In this document: piece after piece, positions 54,601 through 64,000 of the stretch
Numbering within the stretch: position 1 is the stretch's first letter
Layout: each line of letters starts with the position of its first letter
NCBI RefSeq assembly: GCF_964355755.1
Contig: NC_092676.1
Span: forward strand, 16,386,871-16,450,870
Reading direction: 5' to 3'
Length of the DNA stretch: 64,000 bases
From: Antedon mediterranea
Lineage: Eukaryota > Animalia > Echinodermata
Position numbers and translations under genes: made by a program
Notes under the pieces: model-generated
Databases searched by the model: none
What the model was told of the DNA's origin: nothing
The model's input: only the letters and a program-made list of their open reading frames with translations

Positions 54601-55536
54601 GCTATGCTATGCTTATTATACAACTGATCATAAATCAAATTATGGCATAGACTTATCAAAATTATTAGTTGATTAATTTTGTTAAATGACTCATCATAAA
54701 CAGGTGTAAAAGAAGTATTTAATGTACTATACCTAGCCATCACAATGTAACCTATCAAGTAGCTAAGTGGTTAACTAAACCTGGTCCATTCAATTGTAAT
54801 GTGTTGGTTCAAAGCTTTAGACTTATTATTTTCTTGTGGTGTCTTTCAGGTGTATCAAACACCTTAGATAAATTAGGGAATTTCCCATGACTGTTGGTTA
54901 CTGAATTTGTTTTTGTACTTGGGACTTAACTTTGGCGTATATTAAACATAAAGTGACCATTGAGGTTTAGGATGTTTATCAGAGAGTTTCCACTGTTAAG
55001 TGTGGTGCATATATTGACCACTTTTACATAATAATAATACACTATTCAATAGGACGAGGCCGCCACTCCTATTGGTATCACTGTGTAAACCGCATCCTAT
55101 TGGGAGTATACGGGTATTTTTTTGTAAATTTCATATTTGGTACGTCTTTCACGTCCTGATATTAAGTTTCTGTGCAAGTTTTACCACAGTTTTTCATGGT
55201 AGTATGGTAAACTGTAGAATTTGTGGAGTTTTGAAAAGAAACTAATTTCAAACTGTTACTTTTTTAGTTTTTTAGAATAAGTGTTTGTTGCCATTCCAAG
55301 ATCACATCTCTGATTTAATCTAGTCTTTTCCTGAACTAATCCGTTCTGTTCTTAAGCATCCGTGTAATAGACAGGCACATGGTCAGCCAATGGTATCAAT
55401 GAATTTTTGATTTTTTTAGCAGTTTCATTTTTATAAAACCTTTTCTGTAATTTAAAATAATCATGTAATTTTTAATTAATCATAACATTTGGGGTGGGGA
55501 AGTGAGGAGAGGGAGAAAAATTAACTGTTATATTAT

Positions 55537-55712
55537 AAAATTTGCATTAATTTAATTGTTATTTATTGACTTGATTTCAGGAGGGTACATTAGTATACAT
55601 CTTGCTTGAAAAGAAGCCCTCTAAAATTTGCATTAATTTAATTGTTATTTACTGACTTGATTTCAGGAGGGTACATTAGTATACATCTGACTTGAGAAGA
55701 AGCCCTATAAAA
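55537..55712. repeat. 86-bp tandem duplication
   Basis: tttgcattaatttaattg...aagaagccct occurs at 55541 and again at 55627. Confidence 0.9.
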
Positions 55713-56309
55713 TATTCATTTAAAAGCCAATTGGAAAATGTATACAAAACAATTAATTTGAGAATAGTATTAAGATGACCATTGTTATTTGGTAAAGGTA
55801 TATTCCCTTGGACTTATACACCAGCCGCTGGTATTGTCTGTACATGACCTTGTTCATTGGATTATATAGTTTTTGATTCATTTAATACAAGTATTGATCT
55901 ACTTTCATTTGCACTGGACTTAATCCAGTGGTTTGATAATCAGCTGTAGTTCTGATCATATACAGTACAAACTTGAAAACGAAATACAGTTTAACAAAGG
56001 CAATTGTGTTTGCATATGCTATTGTAATACGGAAGAAACTGAAGGAAATTAAATTAGTATTATCAATTTCACATCAGACATTGAATATCTAGTATTGATA
56101 AGTTTGTCAAAACAGCTGGGTGCTACTGAAAAAAGTATTAATAATAAATGGTGTGAATTATAAATATTATGAATTTCTAAAGTCATTTGTTGACAATAAT
56201 GTAAACCATGCAAGACCCTAGAACTGAATTGAAACATCATAGGAAGCACAAAAAAAAGAAAACAGAAAATCACCATCATACAGTGAGTGAGCTGTTGTTC
56301 AATAATTAA

Positions 56310-56915
56310 AGACACCTTCCCTACAAATAATACATATATTACTTTAAAAACATTAAACCAGGTCATTCCTTGTCTTAAGTACGTTTTTTATGGTAAATTA
56401 TGATAAAAAGAGAGAAACAATGCAATACCCTAAGTACATAGCTCGCGGCGACTGACCTCTCGTGGACGGTCTTTAGGCCTAGCCTAGCTAGGCTTAGTTT
56501 TGTAGGCCTAGCTGGTAAACATCAGTAACACACGAACATCATACGCTATATACCTAGCCTGACGTTGTATAGTTGCTGCATTAATTGTCTTTCTATTTTT
56601 GCCAGACTCCGTTGATACAAATTGGGGAAAACCCAGTATTTTCGCTTAAAAGTTAGGAGTCTTCCATTTGTTTTGGCCTCACGTTCGATCGAAACCTGGG
56701 TGAATTACAGAAGAAAAACAAAAATATCAATCCGCGAGCAATGCATTTTGGGATTTATAGCGGGCCGTTATAATTATTAGAATCGACTTATTTTTCACAT
56801 TTTTAACTATTTAAAGACGAAAAAAGTTATCGCAATAGAACCATATAGTATTATTTTTACATTAAATATAGTTTGTGATCTCAAAGTAGATCTAAAAAAC
56901 GTAGGGAAGGTGTCT
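56310..56915. mobile_element. Non-autonomous TTAA-target DNA transposon (Kolobok-like ends)
   Basis: Perfect 15-bp TIRs: TTAA|agacaccttccctac ... gtagggaaggtgtct|TTAA. Confidence 0.85.
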
Positions 56916-56941
56916 TTAAGACTAATACCCTTTTCACTGCT

Positions 56942-57215
56942 CCTCAAAGAGTAACAAGTTGTAACCAGGTTTGTGTGTGTCGACAATTTTCAGGAAAATC
57001 TCCCAAGATTTCACAAGGGACCACCTACAAGAGTTTTATTTTTTTCGCAACATGTTCCGAGTTGTTACTGCGCTTGTATTAAACTGACCAATCATATAGT
57101 AATCAAATAGCGCACAACTAAGCTTTCTCCCGAGATTTTTCAGTTCGTGTATGCGTGTGTAAAAACATCGGGACATCAAACCTGGTTACAACAAGTTACA
57201 AGTTACTTTTTGAGG
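56942..57215. mobile_element. MITE-like element
   Basis: cctcaaagagtaac...gttgtaaccaggtttg pairs in inverse with caaacctggttacaac...gttactttttgagg. Confidence 0.6.
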
Positions 57216-60200
57216 TATACCTTTTCTATGCAGTGTTAGTACCTGTTCACTATAACAATGTATGCAGATGTGAAAAGGGCATAAGAGTATTACAGTACTT
57301 CTGAGTATTGCAATAGAACTTCAGAATAGAATACAGTAAATAAGTTTTGACATTATCTCGGTTCATGTCTAGTCTCTCATTCTTACTAATGTCTTCATTA
57401 CTCCTTATAGTCTTCATTATCCTGTTTTTGAGTACATGCACATTTCTTTTCAGTGGACATAAATCAATAATAGTCTATGATTGCAGCTTTCTTTTCCGTT
57501 TATTACCATACTCACTTAAATTGAAGCCTACCCTTTAGACATAAAATTGGGTCATGTTTTTGGGGTTAGCTAACAGCGGGCTTTAAAATAGGCGATATGA
57601 CAATGCATGAGGTGCAATCAAACATGCAATTTACACTTCGTATACGGGTACAAAAGGCAATACTGTTCTGGCCATGTGAATTCTCTGCTCTGGACCACGT
57701 TTCGTTTAGTCAAAATGCTATAAATTAATTGATATATTTTTGACGTTCTTTTTGTTGTTTGGTACATATTTGTCTTTTTACAGTATTTTTGTTTGGTATT
57801 GTTGATATATTTGTGAAGTATCTTTACTGCAGTTTATACTGAGTGACCCAATTAGCTTTGCTTTTAACAGATTAAAGATAAAGAGCTATAAAATCCAATA
57901 CCACTGAAAATGTCTTATTGTCTCAATTAATGCATGATATACCACAGAATTTTATGAGCCATTGTACATTTTTATTACAACTGTATATCAGATAATGATG
58001 GAAGGAATACTGATCATAATAACATTTAAAACCTACTACTGTAGAGGAAAATCTTCCATCTGGATTAGATCTTATTATTTGTTAATGTTAGCTATAGTTT
58101 GCTATTCAAAATTGTCCTTTTTGCACCAAAGAAATCTTTTAATTAAAAGGCATTAAATTGGTTTTTCACATGTGCAAATTTACTGAATTTATTTTACAGG
58201 GGATAAGATAAATTTTATATTAGGTTTTAAACTGGCTTTATCTATATTACTTAAGATTAATTCATAGTTTTTTAAAATGATGCGCATTTAATAGAGGGTT
58301 ACAGTTTCAGATAGACGAACAAATCATGATCAATTAAATCAACAAGAAATTTTGACTTGGAGTAAATACTTCTGTCGTATATAAAGTATTTTGCAGAGAA
58401 TTTAAAGATTGGAACGCATCAGTAATTGGAATTGAATCCATTTCCTGAAGCTACACTAAAGATGGTAAGATTAAAATAGATATGAAATGGATATGTTCAG
58501 AATGATACTTGTTTATCTTGTTGAACCATGTTTATTACTTTTACTTAATGCATTCCAGGTTGATACTGTGTTATAATTTCAACCCCAAATTTACAATATC
58601 GAGAGGTTTAAAGAATTTTATGCGTTTTAACAGATTTTTTGCAAAATACCTTGTGCAATCGTTGTGTCGTGCATTCTAGCAATTGGATGTAATTATGTAT
58701 CTGGAAAATTTAAACAGTAAACATTGGTTTATTTAACCAAAATTTGATCGTTAGATTGGATGAAAATTAGGGATGCTCCTGGAGAAATTTGGAAGGCTAG
58801 TAGTCCAAGGCGTACATTAGAATATTATTTTTTTTTAAATGCAGTAAATAAAATGTTTTTATTTTTAGTTCGCATTTTTTCATTTATGAGTTCTCCTTTG
58901 AACCTAATCGAATCCCTTTAAACCTTTTAAATGTTACCCTTCTGTGTCTGAAAGGGGTCTTAACAAAAGGTGAAAGATTGGTTTCATACTATTTGTATGT
59001 ATCAGTACATAAGCAAGCATTATAGCGTTAATAACCCAAACCTCTTTCGCACAGATCAAACTCAAGACCCCATTGTTATTTTACCTAGTATCCAGAGTTG
59101 AGGAACTTTGTTCCTTATTTATTTTATATTGCAACTCTGTAAAAGGGGCTCAAAATGCTTAACCATAACATTTATATTTTATTTTCAGTGATGTACTATT
59201 ATTATTATTACACTGGTGTAATCAAATTAGCGTACAATACAGTTACTTCATATTAGCTCAATGTCATAGTGATCACATTCCTGTTTGATGTGTAATTGAT
59301 CGTTCGTGTTGATCATCTCCTCCCCTTATTTTGCTCAGCATAACCATCTTGATAACCTCACGGACAGCTGAGAACTTGTCGTTACTCACTTAGGAAGTCG
59401 TGTCTTACCCTGCACTTAAAACAATCAAGTGTTTACTTGCCTAATAACTCATTGATTAGATAACAAATTTGATAGGAAATAGGTTTACACTTTAAAACAT
59501 ATTAGATAATTGTATTATCATCTAAAATTAATGGGATTAGATTAGATGAATTTAGACAACCTTGTGAATTACAGCCAATTATAGCTAATAATTGTCTGTG
59601 TGTGTATTTCAAGAATGCTATACACAGCAATGACAAATCATTTCAGTCAACGTTTGATATTCTATAACTACAGTACTACTGTATAAAGACATAAGAGCAC
59701 CATACCGAGCTCCAGCAGTAGATTTCTAAGCTCAAAATCAAAGCCATCATGTGTCAATGCTTATGAATGACTGCAGGAAATCAAACGTTATATACATCAG
59801 TTTAAAGAAACATTACATACAGAAATGTTAAAATGATAGAAACATTGCTCTTCTCTGTGTATCGTCAATTCAAAATATTTGGGGTATGGACCACTAATAT
59901 CAAATTGAACGGTTATAGTGAGATCACACACTTAGCAGTAATGCCATATCTTTATATGGCTATTTGGTATTATGCAGTAGAAACTGACTTCAAAAAAAGA
60001 TACTGATAACACTTGGAGCCAAAATCGTTAATGGTGTCATCATTTGCATAATTAGAATGTGGAAGGAAAAATGGTAGTATAATGTACAATTAAATTGTTC
60101 TGATTCTCACTGATGTGACTGCAAAAGGAAATTGCAGTCGGAAACTCATTTTCGTTAGGATGTATAGTAATTCATTTCGAAGAACGCACTAGTTAAAAGT

Positions 60201-62013
60201 TCTAGTTGTGACTGATGATTAATGTCTTAAATAACAAGAGGCTACATATCAATACATGCGAGAGCATTTTCAATCTATAACAAAATGACAACAGAATCCA
60301 TTTCTTCAAACAAAGTCTTGTTATACATTTGTAGTTGGTACTTTTCTGACTACGAGTAATATGCTACAGCCAGGAAAAAGATTACTGCCTAGAACCAAGA
60401 GGTTGATGAACTTTAATATCATACATGCTGATTATAAGGTTGGACAGGGACATAATTATTTCCCTATCCCCAATAAAGTACATTCATACTTTTCTGAGAA
60501 TATTTTCAATTCAAACAAGAACAACCTTCTGTAGTTGATCTGGACTTTTTGTGCCCACACAAATTGAAGGTTGTACATAAAATATATTTTTTAAATGGCA
60601 AATATTAATTATAACTTAACAATAGCAGATGTCTACCCTCCCAGACTAATTACGATTCAAATTAGGAGTCAACAGTTATCTGAATGATTATCGATTAAGT
60701 ACGGAGTAAGGTCTGCAGAAAAACATTCTGTGATGATTTGCATAAATCACCAGCCCCTGGGCATACCAGGAAAATCTAGGTCAGTATAAATTGAAGTTGG
60801 GAGAGAAAGTGATTGTGAGAGTTGGAGGTGATTAGTGACTGGTGCCTATTGGGATGTGAACAAAGGATTGATACCTCAGGCTGTATCTTGCATCAAGCCG
60901 TATCACTAATTGCTTTGCAAAACCAACATTTATTGTCTTTGTCTCAAAATTAATTAGTACAACTTTCCATCTCGTTAGATCTATTACAGTTTAAGATAAT
61001 ATAATTATAAACTGGTACCAAGGGAAAATTTATATTCAGCTATTTAATAATGATCATGCTTAATTTCGAAAAGCAAATCTCACAATGTAGAACAGAATTT
61101 ACTTCACGGAAAAACTGTAGTATCATACAATATTATATTCACCTTCAGTTTCCTTTTATAATAAATTAGAATATAATTTTTTTTTTGTAGGAATGTATCA
61201 AAAGCATTCATAATTATTTATATAATTAATTATTTTAAATTTTAACAACTCTACTCAAGTCAGAAATAACAGATTTAAAACCTTATTTTAAAAACAATGT
61301 AAATTCTTTCTAATAGAAATTGGTCCTCACAAAGTATCAGAATAGAACTGATCACGTTTTTTTATTTTAAAAAACCGAACCCTTTGATTTTTAAACTGAT
61401 TTCTTTAGAGCAGTTTTTCACAAAATCATTATTTGTATACTGAAAATACTGATTCAGTTATAATTCTATTGAATCATTTTTTGTTTCATTTAATAGTTCC
61501 TTTGCAAAAACCAGGTAAACTATATCATACAGGTCAAATGAAGTATAAGGTTATATCCTGCTTTAACCCTTAAATATGAAAGATCAAAACACTGTTCCCA
61601 GCAATATTCTGTCTAACATTAATAGTGATTGACACATTCACTTGTATGTCTTGCAAAATCAATTATAACCCTGGAAAACAGGTAGAATAATGGCAATCTA
61701 AATGTGATATCACTGAAAATAGGAGATTAAATTTGAAAGCTTGTGTTTTTTTCTACCAGTTTAAAAATGAATAAGTGAATAAATTTACATCATTTAGGCT
61801 ACAGAGGAATAATTAATTGTACCTAAAAATGTTTTCTTAAATCATGTGGGTATGAATATCATCAACATTTCAGAAAATACAGTAGGTTGTTGATCATTTT
61901 AGTTAAATTTGTAGATTTGTGAGTGAGTGCCTTGTGTTTCATGATGTCTCATAAAATAATAGTTTGCTAGAATATCTCTAATTAAAAAGGCCATCTAAAG
62001 TTAGAATAAAAGC

Positions 62014-62060
62014 ATGATATATATAATAAAACCTATGAAGTCTTTATCATCTCAATTTGA
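62014..62060 (+). CDS. Candidate alternative first coding exon (MIYIIKPMKSLSSQF), phase-2 donor
   Basis: Acceptor tttgctag at 61970, two in-frame ATGs, 15 codons plus 2 nt, TGA|GTAAGT. Confidence 0.3.
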
Positions 62061-62787
62061 GTAAGTTTTTGATAAAAATCATGCATCAACGATATGTACA
62101 GTGTAGTTTGGGTTTTGATATGATGCTTTCATTAAAAAACAAAAATATAATGACTTATGATGGATGATGGTGGCTTAAACAGAAAAAAAAATGGAACGAT
62201 TGAAAGAACAGTCAACAAATATAAAAATTGAGGAGATATGATCCATATTCATTTTTATAGGGTGTTTTCTATTTGTGATTTTGTCATTATTTTGATATCA
62301 TTTTTATCAATAATTTGATTTTTTCTGACAGGTTCTTCAATATTAATCATTAATTTAATTACATTGCAATGATAAATTACAATAAACTATGGCTGTAATT
62401 GCTCTTGTAATTCCTTAACTGTCTTTGGCAATGTGCCAATTAATGTATAGCTTTTTTACCTGTCGTTCTTTGGCGATGTGCCAACTGATGCAAAACATGT
62501 TTTTCTCTCATTGAGTTGTTGTACTAAGTGTTTGATTATTTATAGAATGTACATCTGCATGCGAATTTAATGTAATCAATCCTCATTTGAACTTCTTCTT
62601 ACATATTATTAGACTGTCTTGTAATTTACTATGGATTTATGACTGAATTATATAGGCATGCAATAACATATACTACAACATTATATCTTAAGGCAAATTT
62701 AGAAAGATGGTCACAATGAGTAAATTCACTTTACTGACAAGGGTAGACAATCGAATGTACAATAAGTACATGATGTATTTAATGCTA

Positions 62788-62942
62788 AAGCCTAGCCCAC
62801 TAGGAGGCAATGTAAGGGTGAAGCACAACGCAGTAATTTGACCAATCACAAACTGAAGAATCATACAGATTGTCGCTTGTGATTGGCCAACTCAATTGCG
62901 TTGTGTGCTCTTACGTTACATCTAAAGTGGGATGCAACCTTT
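62788..62942. mobile_element. Decayed MITE with internal gaccaatcaca/tgtgattggcc inversion
   Basis: cccacta...agtggg ends and an internal inverted CCAATCACA. A similar decayed copy lies at about 34038-34195. Confidence 0.45.
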
Positions 62943-63499
62943 ACCTGAATCACAGATTCCCCACCCTAAAATTGTTTGACTCCCCTCCCCACAAACAAAA
63001 ACACCTTTTTTAAGATTTTAAATCTCAAATAAAGCAAGATCCACTGATTTAGATAAGATAAAACAAGGGTAAGTCATCAGTCACAAAAACAGAACACACA
63101 AAGAATCCAAATATGATCAAATAAAAAAATATTTAATTTATTTCTTTTTATTCGGAGTTATCCTTATTTTAATTTATCTGAAATTATTCAGTTGGATCTT
63201 CTGGTATTACTTGTCAGTACAGTGATGTTTGTGTTTCCTCTATCTAAATATGTCACTCCCTTCCATACACAAGAAAATAATGCAATTATTGTACAGTAAT
63301 TTATAGAATACAAGTGATTCATAGATTAATTTTCTTGTGTTGGGCGGAGTATGTTTACAACTTATTGCTTGTTGTTGTGTCATTAACTTGTATTATTCTC
63401 TATGTTTACTGTGTTCTTCATGTGCTCCGTTTACATCTTCCCTTCTACAGATAATCCAGAATTCTTTAGCATGTATGTATCATAAAACCTAAAACAAGA

Positions 63500-63627
63500 A
63501 TGTTCAACAAACTAAAAGGTTTGCGAGATTCTGTCAGTCGCAAAGGTATTGTTAGAAGGATTAGTCAACGCAAGATCAAGAACCGCCGTAATAAGCATGA
63601 AGATTTTGAAATAGATGACAATGATCT
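63500..63627 (+). CDS. Candidate first coding exon (MFNKLKGLRDSVSRKGIVRRISQRKIKNRRNKHEDFEIDDND), phase-2 donor; protein unidentified
   Basis: Strong acceptor cttcccttctacag at 63450, ATG, 42 open codons plus 2 nt with protein-like composition, CT|GTGAGT. Confidence 0.55.
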
Positions 63628-63867
63628 GTGAGTTCCTAATGCCTGATTATTGACTTGTGTTTACATCATTTGAATGCACTAACATTGCACTATTCCTATT
63701 AACACCTTCATTTTCTTTGTTTATATTTCTTACTAACAATCATTGTTTGTTGTCTTTTGTGTTTTATGAAACTGCAATCAAGACATATACAGTCAAAATG
63801 GCAAAAGGCTGACAACTTTCTATGAGTTTTATCAGATAATCTATATGGTTTTGACCACTCTTTTAAC

Positions 63868-63950
63868 ATGAATAAAGTACTGACTTTATTGAAAGATTCA
63901 TTTCATAAACTGAATACACAAACCAACAAGAATATTGTTGGTTTATCCAG
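63868..63950 (+). CDS. Candidate alternative first coding exon (MNKVLTLLKDSFHKLNTQTNKNIVGLS), phase-2 donor
   Basis: Acceptor ttttatcag at 63835, ATG, 27 codons plus 2 nt, CAG|GTAAGC. Confidence 0.5.
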
Positions 63951-64000
63951 GTAAGCTAGGAACGAAATACACTCAAGATTTTCCAGATTTTGATTTTGTT

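Noticed and set aside
44427-55791. Further tiny ATG-to-phase-2 units at 44427-44440, 55196-55206 and 55775-55791
   Set aside because: Only 3-5 codons long with weak splice context, so easily chance. Left out of the exon-array count.

Overview
AT-rich, intron-containing animal genomic DNA, probably a marine invertebrate; an echinoderm is suspected but not provable from this window. The left half holds three spliced genes reconstructed exon by exon: the 3' nine exons of trifunctional GART (GARS-AIRS-GART, + strand), a complete six-coding-exon cytosolic sulfotransferase (- strand) and a nine-exon SLC22 transporter (+ strand). GART has a GC-AG intron and an in-frame stop plus poly(A) signals in the intron after the GARS domain. 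Introns and spacers carry three minisatellites (30, 60 and 54 bp units), a Deu/Nin-like tRNA SINE, a 5'-truncated CR1/L2-type LINE inside a MITE, several TIR elements and two nested Helentron/HINE-like elements. The right half (33-64 kb) has no long ORF. It does have a CCAAT promoter, a non-coding leader exon and a series of small ATG-bearing exon candidates that repeatedly end at a phase-2 splice donor. This suggests a cassette of alternative N-termini for a gene whose body lies beyond the window. All splice models are read from sequence only, with no transcript evidence.
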